Shown here one piece after another: positions 50,739 to 64,000 of a stretch of DNA of 64,000 bases (position 1 is its first letter; every line of letters starts with the position of its first letter). The DNA is from Selaginella moellendorffii (lineage: Eukaryota > Plantae > Lycopodiophyta): the NCBI RefSeq assembly GCF_000143415.4, contig NW_003314261.1, positions 4,022,880-4,086,879 of the forward strand, in the 5' to 3' direction. The notes under the pieces are model-generated. The model was not told where the DNA came from. It ran no database searches and worked only from the letters and a program-made list of their open reading frames with translations. A program made the position numbers and the translations under genes.

Positions 50739-52112
50739 TTAGCCGACCGCCGAGACCTTCTCCGAGAAATGGCTGAGCGCGTCCATTCCGGGAGGGATGA
50801 AGACGACGTCGCCCCAGCCGGAGCCATCGTCGCTTGACTGTCACAGACACGAGATTTTTAAGAGCTGGAAGAAGTGGAAGAACTGGGAGAACTTCGCAAT
50901 TGGAAGAGAAGAGCTTACCTCCAAGCGCTGCAAAACGTCCTCGAAGCTGCCGACTTGGATGTCGGTGTTCACCTTGAGCGCGGGATTGATCTTCTGCTGC
51001 TGCTTGAATGCTCCCAAGAGCGCTCTCTCCAGATCCTCCTGGTAAAGCAAAACACAGTTTTTGTCGGTCCAGCAACAGCGAAAGGAGTTTTTGATACCTT
51101 GGAGAAGAATATCGGACAGAAGCGTCGGTTCTTGCTCCGGAGGACGAGGTTATCCGACTGCCATGGAAACATTTAGCGAGATTCAAAACCTCCTCTTCTC
51201 TGTTTCTCCACACACCTGAAAGACTGGCACGCCATCGAAAGCTTTCCCGGGATCGCCAGCCTTTGCTCTCGACTGCGACACGCACAAACAGAAAAGTCCA
51301 GTCCACCACTTGGGAAACAGAAGTAAGAAAAAAAAGAGGGGATTTTTCTGACCTCAAGAGCATGCTTGACTTGGAGAGGATCCGGCAAGAACCTGAAAGC
51401 GATGCCTTCCGTCTTGAGCTGGTAGACCTGATGATGATCCAGAGCCAAAGAAAGTAAAGGCAAAAGCAAAGAAGCTCTCAGTACATACAAAGTAAGAAAA
51501 GAAAGCTCGCACCTTGTCGAGAGAGACAGCTACAATCTTCGCTCCACGGCCCAGGCCAGGCTCTCTATCTCGGATCTGCCAAGCTACAAAAGTTTGAGAA
51601 CGTCAACCTAGAAGAAGAAGAAGAAGAGGAAGAAGAAGAGGAAGAGATAAATCGAGCGATGGATGGACTCATACCTGTGCTAGCAGCGCCTCGGCGTCCT
51701 CGTGGCGGAAGCAAAACAAGCCCAGAGATTTGTGGCCATTGGAGTCGGAGATGAGGACAAATTCGTTGTCGTGGTTGCTCACCGTGTAGACGGGGACGCC
51801 GTCGAGGCGCTTGGAGACCTGGTCGGGCGCCATCGCGAGGTCGAAGAGATGGCGCCCCGGCGCCTCCGCCCCAAATGCCGCTGCGCCGCGCGACAGGCAC
51901 GCGAACGACGCCGCCGCGGCCACATTTCGGGGCGGCGCCGCCAAGACTTCCAGCCCCTGCCTGATCTTGCGCTCCACGGCCTGAATCACTTGGACGGGGA
52001 AGGGCGGCGCGGTGTAGCCCGCGCGAGCGAGGCGGCGCTGGAAGCGCGAGAGGAGACTGGCCAGCGGCGACTGCTCGCCTCCAGCGCTCGCCGCGGCGGC
52101 TCCCTCCACCAT
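50739..52112 (-). CDS. TIC22: Tic22 chloroplast intermembrane-space import component
   Basis: LDGVPVYTVSN..NEFVLI, LGLFCFRHEDAEALL, IAFRFLPDP.QVKHA, FDGVPVFQ, CPIFFSK|EDL, WGDVVFIPPG. Confidence 0.92.
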
Positions 52113-52358
52113 CTTTGCCAAGAGCCCTAAACCTCAAACAGTCAAAACATAATTAAAAGATAACGGGAAACTTTAAAGATTTGATCTTTTCAAATTCCAA
52201 CCAAAGATTGATCAATCCACTTGATTGATTTCACTCCTAGCTCGGAGGCTATGCTGAGAATAGATGGGATACGACAAGATCTTCAATGAGAGATTATACT
52301 TGAAAAAATCTTTGGTATCCACATCCAAACTTTTGCTCAAAAGCTTCTTTAGAGAGCT

Positions 52359-53903
52359 CTAGCTATCAGAAATATCTGGCTCGTGATCCTGCGCTGCTGT
52401 AACCATGGAGCTGCGGCTTTCCTGCTTGGAATCTTTGGACGTGAAGGACGAGCTCGCCGCCGCCGCTGCTGCTGCCACCGCCGCTACCGCCGCCGCCTGG
52501 TTTTCGTGCTGCCGCTGTGTCTCATCGTTCTCGCCGCTTTGCAATTGCCGGCCTCCATTCAAGGCCCGGCAGTGTGGGCAAATGTACGTCACGTACTGGA
52601 ACTCTTCTTTCGGAGCTAGTCCTGCAATGCAAAAGGGAAAAGAAGAAAAGAAGTTGTAAGCTCTCAGCCTTTGAGGATGTAAAGTTCTCACCGTTGTGCA
52701 TATGGCAGTTCTTGCAGATGAGAGCGTAGCACTGGGAAGGATCCTCTCCAACAAGCATGGCTGCGATGCGGGCCAGCCAGCCTATTCCTCCTCCTCCTCC
52801 TCCTGCTGCTGCTGCTGCTGCGAAGCCACCACCCATCCGACCTCTAGCCCGATCCATGGCGGCGTCGCGGTCCAGAGCCTCCGTTTCCCTCTCTCCCTTC
52901 ACTTCGTCCTCAAGAGCCTTGAGAAATCCTTGAGTGTCGAGGGGCTCTTTGGTTTGAGCCTGTGATCCTTTGCGCTGCCTCAAACCGGAGCTGGTTTCGG
53001 GGCTGCGGGTTTTCCCACCGTTCGCTGAAGTAGTGGCGTTCGAACTGTCAGCGCCTTCTGACGATTTGAACGCCACATTCAAGCCCGATTCGGCTCCGAG
53101 CTTGGCCGCCAGAACGCTTGCGGCAGCCGCCTTGGCCGTGGGATCTAGATCATATCTCTGGAAACGCACGATGCAAAGCTTACAAAAACGAAACGAAAAG
53201 AAAACTCACTTGGATAAGCTCTTGAGTAGCATAGTAATTCGTTCTCTGTTTCAGCTCGTCTATCCTCGCCTGCCTTTCAGCCCGCAGTTTCTCTAGAGTT
53301 CGCTGATCCTTACGCTCTCCTGGAAATGAAAGAAGAAAGAGAAACGTCAGGACGTACTAGCGCATTGAAAGTTCTTACTCATATGGAAGTAGCGCGAGCA
53401 TGCTGTGTATAGCAGAGCCGCTATAGCAGGGACTGCGAAAACTGGGAACACTCTAATAGCTCTCAGCTTCCAAGGAATGTCAAGCGACCGGGTGGAAACC
53501 AATGCAAATCCTAGCGCTAGAACCTGTGTTCCAGAAACCAGAAAAAAAAACTTAAATCTCGATTCTAGGAAAGAAGGAAACAAAAAGGAAAGCAAGACCG
53601 CAAGGCACAAAAAATTTCCCTTACCTCGATGAGCACCGAGTAAAGAACTATAGCTCGCGCGACCCTTCTCCACGTATGCGTCCTCCTCTTCAAGCGGCTG
53701 TGCACAGTGACCTCCTCCTTGGACAGATGCCGCAGCCTCTTCTCAAAATCAATGTTCCTGCGGCCAAACAAGATCCCCACAAGGCCGCTCCAGATCCACC
53801 GCAGCGTGCCTCCTCTGCCGGCGCCAGAGCCTCCCGATCCCTGGGAGCTGCTCGACGGCACAGAATCTTTCAATCCGTCGGCTTCAGCTGGAGATTCGGC
53901 CAT
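52359..53903 (-). CDS. LNP: Lunapark (ER junction protein) with C-terminal zinc ribbon
   Basis: DFEKRLRHLSKEE, two TM segments, IDELKQRTNYYATQELIQ, LVGEDPSQCYALICKNCHMHNG, YICPHCRALN. Confidence 0.92.
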
Positions 53904-54070
53904 TCTCGCTGGATCGAGCTCTGCCGATGTGAGATCGGTGAGAACCAGCCTCTGGATCGGCTCCAGCCCCTGCATTACCCTTGCGCCACGCCGAAGCGAT
54001 CGATCCACTGCCTTGCCCTAAACATCTCAAAAATAGAAAAGAGTAAAATACCCTTTCTCATAAAAGGTGA

Positions 54071-56157
54071 TTAGTCCGCATAAACGTGATTAGTAGCTAA
54101 GCTGAGCGTCACTTCTTCCTCGTCGTCACACATCGCGCTGGGCTTTTCTTCCACAGCGATAGATCTTGGAGCAGCCACACCAGCGCTTCGCCACGCTAAA
54201 TTTCCCGGAGATTCTACTCGTGTCGAGACATCCTCTTTCTCGGTCGTATTCGCGCGATCCTGCAATAAAAAAAAGAAAAAACGATTTTTCCTGGTCCTAT
54301 CCAGAACAGCGCTACGTGAAAGCGAGAAAGACTTACGCGGCTGAAAAGAACACCGCGGAGAACTTGGCCGTTTAGATGAGTAGTCATAAGGTAGCCTGAA
54401 TCGAACATAGCGTCCACAACTCCATGCACTTCGCTTCCAATCTGTGCGTACACAAGATAAAACAAAACAAGGATAAAAAGAGATTCAAACTCCGAGCTCA
54501 GAAACTTTTCGCTTGCCTGAATGCCGTACCACTGAGCGTCATGATTGGTCCCCAGCTTTAAAGTTAGAGATTTATGTCTGTTGTGTGAGCAACCATGATT
54601 TGGAGCTTGCCACTTTCCTGAAACTGTGGATTCGACAACGGACCAGTCGTCGTTCTCACGGAATACTAATAAGTCGCGTGACGTCCGCTTCTTGTGCACT
54701 GTAAAACCACAAATCAGAACCGGACGAGAAGAATTCACGATGGAGTGAAGTACTTTGAAATGTTCTTTCCGCTGCATAGCCTTGAAGAACGCCTTTCATG
54801 AGCAGATTCTCGCTGCACAACACACGGCGAGTCGCCTGAAAGGACAAATTGAGAAAAGAGTGAAGTTCCATTCAATCATTCAGCCTACCAAGTCGTCCTT
54901 CCGAGAGGAAACTGAAGGCCGCGAAGAAGTCTTCTGTCCAACTATCTGCATTCTCTGCTCGTTATTAAGCTTTGACCAAATACCGGGCTTAGGCAGCTCC
55001 TCTCCACCAATACACAGGACGAGGAACTCGTCTAGAGGTCTCTCGTCTTCGCCACATCTGCAAACTCTGGTCAGAGAAAACGTAGTTTGGAGACTTTTGC
55101 ATCTCACCCCCCATAAACAATTACGCCGTCATCAGCACGAGCTGCGACATGAGAGAATCGACCCTGTGGCTGCAAGCTTCGAATTTTCAGTTGAGACCAG
55201 CAACGCGTTTCAACGTCCATGGCCCACACATCGCTGTAGTACGTCCGGTCGCCAACACCTCCAAAAACATACATCTGAGAGCTTTCAGTTGTGAGATTCT
55301 TCGAAAGATTTCAAGGACTTCCACCTTTGTGTCGACTGCTATTGCAACGTGACCAGCTCTCACTCCCGGCTTCGTTGTTGACCCGGCATTCTCTAGCTGA
55401 AAAGGAAAAAAGAGTTTGAGCTATGAGACTAGACTTTGTAAGTAAAAAGCTTACCTTGGACCATGTCATGAGCTCCAAGTCAAGCACATCCACATCTCCC
55501 AAGTACCGATCTCCACAGTCACCTCCATATAGAAAAAGCCGATTCTTGATGACGACCGAGCTATGGCTGTCCCGACAAATTGGCGAGTAGCCCTTCCCGC
55601 ACAGCGAAATCCATTTCATACTCCCGCAATCCAGGATGTGAGTGTCGCTCAAATAATCTCCGTTGTCACCACTTCCACCAAAAACCAAGGCCTGATTCTC
55701 ACTAATCATAGTTGCCGTGTGACTTTCTCTTGGAGCAGGAAGAGAGCCTTGCATAGATGGCCGAGCCCAGACCAAAGACTTTAGATCAAGTACGTGAACA
55801 GCGTTAGTTTTCTTTGATCCACTTGTACCCCCAAAAACTATCATTTTTTGGTGATCGTAAAGCACGGCAGTGTGACTGTCCCGGGGACCAGGCTCTTCGC
55901 CCGTTGTGACAAGATTCTCCCAAGACATCGTCTCCAGATCCAGCATCAAGACATCACTGAACTGGAGACCACCACGGCATCCCTGTAAACTTAGACATTA
56001 GTTCCAGTAGTAAGCGAGAGAAGAACTCCCTTACCCCGTAGATGTAGAGCTTCCCATCGCAGTAGACTCCAGAATGGCCCCATCTCTCTGGCAGGTTTTG
56101 ATCCGCAAGCTTGGGATGAAACCAAGAAGCCTCGCTTCTCGTTGTTGTTGCTTCCAT
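54071..56157 (-). CDS. Kelch-repeat protein with a conserved C-terminal 'GxVDxxFDSGYL...LRGVLF' domain
   Basis: ERWGHS, PRDSHTA...VFGG, PRESHTA, CRDSHS...LYGG; C-terminal IGSEVHGVVDAMFDSGYLMTTHLNGQVLRGVLFS. Confidence 0.85.
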
Positions 56158-56733
56158 CGCTGCTGCTCAAAAACTATATCGCTCTTACCCAAACCACCTG
56201 GAACCAACGCGAAAAGAGGATTTGAAGAAACTTTGAAAGTAGTACGCGTATGCTTACGTGAGGCTGAGCTCAATTCTAGACCTGAAGCTCATGTGGCCAT
56301 GCCAGAAGCAGGAAAATGCCAATAACTCGGGAGAACTGAGCCAAACGGCCCTCCCGAAACAAATGTCTAGTTTATTGCCTACACGAAGCCCAACAAAAGC
56401 GAGGAGTGGATCGAGGCTATAGAAAATGCGTTCTACACGGAGAAAGAGGGAAAAGAAGCGAGTAAAGTGTGCGATGCGCTTACCAGCGGCGCCCTGATCC
56501 ATCCAGCTGCATTCACCAGCGCAGGACCAGCGCCAGCAGCGGCGCCGCTCCCAATGCCGCCATCGCTTCGCCATGGCTTCCTCGATCGCCCAGAGATCTT
56601 TAGGGCAGCCAAAATGACCTAGAAATCTGGCGCCTAATTTAAAAACTCTTAATGATTTAAAATTTCGGTCGTTACAAAAGCAAGAATAAATTACATGGAA
56701 ATCACTGGCTTGATCGATGATCTATCGAGCTTC

Positions 56734-59622
56734 TCAGTGGTTTGCTTTCGCGCGAGAGAAGAATTTTCCCAATCCCAGGACGCCGCCGCCGTGCTTCTCG
56801 GAAGAATGCGAGCACATATCCGCCGATTTGGACAGCTCCCCGTGGTTGCCATAGCTCTTGGTGGCGGCCGCGGCGGCGGCGGCCTTGCACTTGCGGTAGT
56901 ATCTCGCGGGAGTCCTCACCTCTAGAGGGATCTCCTCCGGCGCCTGGGGTGCCGAGTAAGAGATCATCCCCGGCTGGTGGCGCGCGGCGAATCCAGGCGT
57001 CCCCTCGGAGCTCCAGTACGTCTCCTGCTTGTGGATGTAGTCCGAGCTCTCCATGGTGGCGCTCGGGAGCTCCGACACCCGGGAGAAGTGCCTGGCCGGA
57101 GTCGTGTGCGAGGAGCTCGGTGGCAGGCCCAGCGATTCCAGCTGCTTCCCCAGCGCGTGAATTGTCCTCTGGCATTCCGCTAGCTTCTCTCCGGCAGCGA
57201 TCAGCTCTTGTTCCTGTGGCAAGCGATTATAAAAAACAAAGACTAAGAAAACCAAAGCGTTACCTTTTGTATTGTGATGCTTTCATCGTGTCTGGAAAGT
57301 TGGGAAGCATGATGTTAGAAGAATGATATACAAGTCGTGGAAAGACTAACCTTGGGATTTGCTGGAGCATTTGCAGCTTGAGAGCGACCTCCTGGTGCCT
57401 CCGCTGCTCCTCTTTCAGCTCCGCTGCCAAGCGAGCGCTCTCCTGGCGGACCTGACGTATCTCGGTATCTGCCATGTTCACCCTCGACTCCAGCTTGTTT
57501 TTCAGAGCCGTCACCGCGCCAACCTCGCTCTGAAGTATTTTTCTTTCGTCCTGCGTGGCCGCCAGCTGCTTTTGCAGAAGGCATCGCTCTTCATCTACAG
57601 TTGCAAGATGAATCTTCAGGCTCTTGACCGTGTCTGTCGAAGACTTGAGACTGCTCTCTAGCTCCGCGAGCTCGGACCGCAGGTGATGGATTTCCTGCAC
57701 GTAGTCGGTCGCCGACCTTCGGCTCTGCTCGGACGAGCTTGGAGACTCCAGCCTTCCCCCGGCATTGAAGCTCATTCCCACGACGAAGTCGAGTGCGCAC
57801 GAAAGCTCGGCAATAAAGTCCAAGACCGGAACCTCGCCTTGCAGTAAGTTCTTGCTGACAGCGACGAGCCGTTTCACGCCGCCATCACTGCCATGAGATG
57901 ACAGTTCCGGCGAGGAAAGCGTTGAAGTTTCTTGCGCCATCGATTCGACCAGATGAATTATTCTGCCAACGGAGGATCTTAGCCTGGCCTTGGACTCCGC
58001 GTCGATGGTGTCCGAGAGCTTGTCTTTGCAGCTCTTGAGCCCGAACATAAGGTCCACCGTCTCCTGGATTTTCCCAAGCGAGCCATCCGTTGCACTTCGA
58101 CAGTGGCAACCCTTTAGCTTCTTCTCCACCGCGGCCAGCTTGTTCCGTAACTCCGCACAGACATCGTTTGCCTGACGAACCTCTTTTTCCTTCGCTCGGA
58201 GTGCTGCTTCGAGTCTGCCAGAGTCCCGTTTCACGTTTTCTTTGTCGTTGGCTGCCAGCCGCTCCATCTCAATAAAGTCTTCCATAAGGTCAAAGTTGGT
58301 CGACTCCAATAACTTATCCGTGCCCCCGGCTGCCTCGTCTGGCTTTGCCCGCTTGAGAACACGAACTTGGTCCTCCAACTGCGAGAGCTTGCTTGCCGTC
58401 TTAACACACTGTAGCCTCGAATCCTGGAGCTCCTCGTTCTTCTTGGCGAGAATTTCTTTCAGCAACGACGTCTCTTCTTCCATGGCCCGCAACCTGTCCA
58501 AGGACATGTCGTTCTCTTTATCGTCCAAGCTGCTTTCGTCCGCTGGCTCCGAGCAATACTTTCCGGGCTTTGCGATGCCTTTTCTCCTGCTTTCGCCAGG
58601 ATCCGCCTCTACACGCATTTGTGCCAGGGCCCCCGGACCAGGAAGTTTCTTTTTCAGCAGCATACGCAGCCTTTGACATTCGGCTTCCAGCCTACTCGTC
58701 TTCTTCACGTTTTCGATCTGTTGCCGGTTGGAAGCCTCCATCATCTTCTGGCTGTATTCTCTCTCCTCGTTGCGAATTTCCAGCTCCCTCTGGAGTACTT
58801 GGAGGTCATACTTTAGAGCCGCGTACTCCTTCTCGACGCTCTCGAGCCTGGCACGGGTGCTACGGGCATCCATCTCCGCTGCGACTTTGCAATCGTTCAG
58901 CTCCAAGATCGTCATTGTCCGCTCTTGGAGGGATTTCGAGACGGCGTTGGCATGAGATCCTGATTGTGACAATTGGCTCCTCAACTCCAACAATTCGCCC
59001 TCAAGCCCCGAACGCAAGCTCTCCCATTCCCTCGTTTTCCTGGCAATTGTCTCGTGCAACCTCTCTTCCTGCTCTTCCCGGACGAGGCGGAGTTGCCGGA
59101 CGCACTCCTTGAGAGCATTGTCCAGATGAGCGACTCTGTCCTCCAATGCCACCTTCTTTTGCAGGGCATCTTCGAGCTGCTTCTTCAGTGTCGCGGCCTC
59201 CAACTCTGATTTCTCCCATCCTGCGAATTGTGTGAGCTTTGAAAGAAAATTCGAAAGCTTCCACCAATTTATCTTACCGGTGACAGCTTCCTCGGCCACT
59301 TTCATGTGTTGCTTTGCAACGGCATCTTTCTCCGAGACTTCGCACTGGGCAGCTGCCAGCCTCTCGCTCAGCAATTTTACCACCTCATCGAGCTGCAATC
59401 CCTCGGGAATGGAAATCGCCACGGGCTCGGGCTGCACAAGCTTTGAACAATGCTGCCACAGAATCAAGAAAAAATCAGAAATTCAAGACAAGAAGAAAAA
59501 CCAAAACGAATTGATCGTTCGAAAAAACTCACATTTTCGTCGTTCGATGGATCGCTTGCGTCGGGCGCCGCCGCGACCTTGTCCGACGACTTCTTCTTCC
59601 ATAGCCAGCTCCGGCGTTCCAT
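56734..59622 (-). CDS. FPP: Filament-like plant protein (FPP / DUF869 coiled coil)
   Basis: MERRSWLWKKKSSDK; KQHMKVAEEAV.GWEK; HLDNALKECVRQL; LEAECQRLR.L.KKKLPGP; LMEDFIEMERLA; AAGEKLAECQRTIHALGKQL. Confidence 0.93.
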
Positions 59623-61269
59623 GACAAATCCCTCACCTTTCTATCAGACACAGAAAGGGCCAGATTCAACAGAAATAGAAAATTTTCGCATGCGAGCAGC
59701 AAAGCGACATACCAAGATTCCCGCACAGCGCGATTTCCGAGAGGAGCTGGGAGCTAGCGCAAATGCGGCCACTGCATTCTCCTACAAATCCAAGAAAGAG
59801 CTAAGAATCCAGGAAGCATCAATCGATCAGCAAATCCGGAGCGCGGTGAAGCATCCCTGAGCACGGCCCTCGAGGAAGAGAATCGCGGGAAGGCGAGGAG
59901 GCCATCGCCGCCACAGCCGGGAGCTCGCCGCCGCAGCGCTAACCTCCTCCGCCATGGCTAAACAAGCCTAACATCAATCCCCTAAAGCTTTTCAAAACAG
60001 AGCCCTTCCTTCTCCCGCCTTAACCGCGGTGATTCGAGACAAACTAGTTCTACAGTATTAACCGCCGTTACCTGCGGTGAATTCACGTCCGTACGAATGG
60101 CCACCATTTACCATGGGCCATGTGGTCGGTTGGTGGCCCAATTTGAAGAACTGGAAGATGGGCTGGAGGGATGCAAGCAATGGAATGCAGCACAGCCAAA
60201 AAGGTTGGCCAAATGGCAGCGAAAACGATGGCCATTTTTATGGGCTCGTATCAATCTGGAAATTTTGCCTGGTTGAGGATATGATTAATATCAAAGCCTT
60301 GGATCGATTCGTTTCCAGAAATGCGCTACAGCCAGGGAGGGCCACCATATCTTTTTGTTTTCCTTGGTACAGTGGCACATGCAAACGTGAATAAGGGCGA
60401 AAGGTACCTTGAATAAATATTAGAAACCTTGTACCACGAGGAGGAAAAGAAAAAGAAAGAACATGGAATTATGATGAAAATGCCAACCCTTCATTGCCCC
60501 GCCACCTTTTGGGGGTTAGAAGGTCACTTTGGGGCTCCTTAAAGGTGGTGTGCTGGATGGAAGGAGCAAATTGTAGCAGACATGCATGTATGCGTCCAAA
60601 AAGCCCAGGAACTTAAAACGAATATCCCTCTCCCTTTTGCGAGTAGGGATTGAGAGAGCTCTGTGCGTTCGTCGCTGTTTAACCCCCATTTTGTCAGGAT
60701 GCATTCTAGCCTGGATTTCTTCCTTTTCTTTTCATTCCAGCCGGGATTTCACGGAGAAACTAACAAGAATCCAGTGGATATGTCCACTCAATTTCAAGTA
60801 CGCGCGCATGCGTAGAATTATACAAACGCTTTGATCGTGAATCATCCCCACCAAACGAGCATGTGATCCTAGAGCGCAGGGGAATCATTCGAAATGCATT
60901 CAATCATAGAAACGTTGGTTAGCTGGATGCCAGCAAACTAATCAGTCGGCCAACGGGATTAATTTGCTAGCATAATTATGGCACTTAAATCTTAACTACC
61001 ACATGGAATGCATGGCAGCGGCCAGCCTGAAAGAACGCTGTGCTTGTAAGGCTGAGCGTCTCTTTTCTTGTTACCTAGCATGTGGAAGATGGTACCCAGC
61101 TTTTTGGATGGACCACTAGTACTATTAGCCCCAAGGAGCCCTAGGTTGGCTAACTGCATTAATTGTTGTTGTGGTTTGCATTGTGCATGTGTTTGCAAGA
61201 GGAAGGGCAACAAGGAAGTTAAACTTAGAAAGATAGAATTACCAACTCCAAAACTGGGGAGAAATTGAA

Positions 61270-64000
61270 AGAGAATATACTGTAATTATAGGAGAATAAT
61301 AAATTAATTAATATTATAAAATATTTACTATCAATATTTAAAAGTTTCTCAATGTATATGTAATTTACTAAATACTAATAGTTTAAACCCTTCTTTACAT
61401 ATAAGAATGGATGGATCAAACTCAATTCCAAATAAACAGTTTATATGCTATAGAACTATAATTATTATATTATCTAGATAGGGTAATATATGTATGTATT
61501 TACAAACCTTCCCTCTAGAAGATGAAAAAGTGATAACAATAAATCATGTGAAATATTTGGAGCTTCTGTTGGGTAATTATAAACAACAACAAGAACTGGA
61601 AAATTATAAGATTTAGGGTAGAAGACTTTTCTTTATAAAACCACTAACATAATAACAATAATTGAGAAAAATCTAAATCCATAGTACAAGCATCAATCAA
61701 TTACAAAATCCTGATAAACCAATTGCAACTTTATATGTAGTTACCAAATGTTCAAACTAACCTTAAAGTTATAATTTTGAATTAAAACAAAGAAATTTAA
61801 AAGCTATTACAGTTCATAAAGCATTATTATAACAAATAAAACATTTCATATCCCCTTGGCCATCTTCCAAAACCACTTATGACTATGAGGAGAATTTGTA
61901 TTTGTGATTTTTTATCAATCAACATTTACAATCTTTATCCTTATGTAACACCATATATAAAAAGTTGAACTCACTCTGTTAGTCCTTTATATCCTCCTTA
62001 TCCTTTCTTTGAAAGAAAAAAAGTTTTGTAACACCATTTATATTTATTATATTTATTTTTACTCTGTTATTGATGTTTAGCCTTACTCCATAATTGCATC
62101 CATTCTACTTCCCTATGTCAAAGCAAAATATTTTATTTAAACTTACTATACTTATTCTCACTCTATAATCTATACCATTTACCTTCATTTCACTATTATA
62201 TCCACTTGTTCTTACTTCATTATCTAGGTTGTACTCCTATCTATCCCATTTACCCCCTCCTCCAAAGAAAAAAAAGTTTAAAATATCAACAAAAAAAAAA
62301 GATCATGAGAAAAATTAAGAAAAAATATTGTGAAAGAAAAAAAAGGTGAATAAAAAAGTATTAGTAAAGAAATTTTTAATAGTTATCAAAGTAGAAATAG
62401 GAAAAGAAAAAGAGAAAAATGTGCTTAAAGCTTGGAAAAAAAGGGATATCCTATTATTAAATATTTTAGCCACCATAATATAACTAAAAAATTCACAGTA
62501 CTTAACCTCCTTAACACACAACTCAATATTTGATGAGGGAAAATTAATAAAAATATCCACACTTTCAAAGCAATATATAAAGTCTTTAACAATAATGGCA
62601 AAATAAAGGATTTTAATGGCATTTACAATTGGAGATATGTATTTTAATTGAAATTCTACCAAAAGTGACTTAACCTTTTGAACAAAAGAATATTTAATAC
62701 CAAAACTGATCAAAGACTCTATTAATGAAACAAAAGTAAGATGTTCAACTTCACATACATACTTAACATCTAAATTCGTATGAAGAAGATATTAAACATT
62801 GATTATGAGAATGAAAAGTTAAAGTACTAAAAGAAGGAAATACTATAAATGAGAAAAAAAAACTCTACAAAATTGTTTAAACTAAAAAAAAATGTTAAAA
62901 AAGAGTAAAAGGTAAAGAGAAAATATTAAATGGCAATTTGAAAGATTGACAGTTACCCTTCAAAATCTCCACTTGTCTCTAAAGCTATCTTCATAGTAAT
63001 TAAACTCTCTATCAAAATTTAAAATCCATTTAAGCTTGTATATATTATTTTCCCATAAACTTGATCTTTAAATATTCTTCAAGAACTAAATTGCATCATT
63101 TATAGCTCTCCAATCAATATTACAATCATACTACATTTTAGTAAATGATAGCAAAACATCAAAAATAAGAGAAGCCATATAATTATGTCTCATGAAAGTT
63201 TGAAATCATTAAAGTTGAGTACAATACTAATATGATTATGCCCATTGCACTAAAAGTTTGATCTAATGGAGTAGCATTAATACCTTTATAATGTATATGA
63301 TCATGGCATGGCATTTGAATAAACTATCATCACAAATCTTTAGAATCTTGGGAATAAAATAACCACTAAAAGTTTTTTTTATCAAGTCTAATTAGTTTAA
63401 AGGGAGAGAAATAAATTGCACTATATATGGTATTAAAACAAATGGCATAGGTTTGATTTCCATCAATTAAAGACTATTTAAAATATATATTGATCTAATC
63501 CCTTTTTCATAAATTTTAGTGTGTCCAATTTAATCTTGGTGTTTTGACAAGACGTTATCTTTAACAATTAATCACTAAATTGATCCACGGTCACAACCAA
63601 AGCTAAAGATAATAATGTAAATGAAAGGAGGTTGGTTTGAAAACTTGCTATCATATATTACAAGTTTATAAAAACCTATTACATTTTAATTTTTCTTGGA
63701 TAGGAATATACCTTACTCAAAATTATATTATGATGATATATTTAGAATATATTTTATTCATTCTAACATATTTTATAGTTAAAATTATACATATATGACA
63801 TCTATATATATGTGTGTGTATAGTATGGATATGGAATATAGAAATGGAATAAAAAATATGTATATTCAATTAGCCCTAAAACCTTAGCTTATATATAGGA
63901 GTGAGTGGTCCAAATTAAAAATAATCGAATACCTATCAAAATCCCACTATAGTAATATTAATGTATAGCATTATAACCATACATTTGGACCTCACATCAT
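61270..64000. mobile_element. AT-rich, CpG-depleted decayed transposon region; possible integrase-core remnant at about 63280-63430 (+)
   Basis: Abrupt switch to very high AT with almost no CG; weak motif string YDHGMAF..LGIK..KSN..ER/EIN. Confidence 0.4.

Noticed and set aside
60000-61270. Short palindromes and ORFs suggesting a transposon terminus
   Set aside because: No matching TIR, TSD or Helitron end found within the window

Overview
Eukaryotic, land-plant nuclear DNA. Very short (about 50-90 nt) GT-AG introns, tight gene spacing and GC-rich exons point to a compact seed-free plant genome, most likely the lycophyte Selaginella (inferred, not shown). About 18 apparently intact genes are supported: LRR/ARM patatin phospholipase, EG45-like/PNP, MEE44-like nucleotidyltransferase, EXPA7-clade expansin, intronless glutathione reductase, DOT1-like methyltransferase, SKU5-similar oxidase, group E bZIP, ITPase, two tandem ZIFL transporters, OBERON-type PHD, papain/granulin protein, AT74-like phosphatase, ELM2-SANT protein, Tic22, Lunapark, kelch protein and FPP. 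There is a pseudogene-fragment zone at about 3.7-9.3 kb and two AT-rich transposon-relic zones (19.8-27.3 kb and 61.3-64 kb). Highlights: (1) a complete 595-bp Cassandra-type TRIM with 5S-rRNA-derived LTRs, nested in a solo LTR with a perfect TSD; (2) a spliced DOT1-family methyltransferase gene in a plant; (3) an intact RD21-like papain/granulin gene that has lost its catalytic Cys, catalytic His and oxyanion Gln; (4) a decayed Crinkler-type ATPase; (5) a glutathione reductase with an intron-free CDS but a 5'UTR intron; (6) root-hair elements upstream of the EXPA7-like expansin. All family assignments come from recalled motifs; no database search was run.
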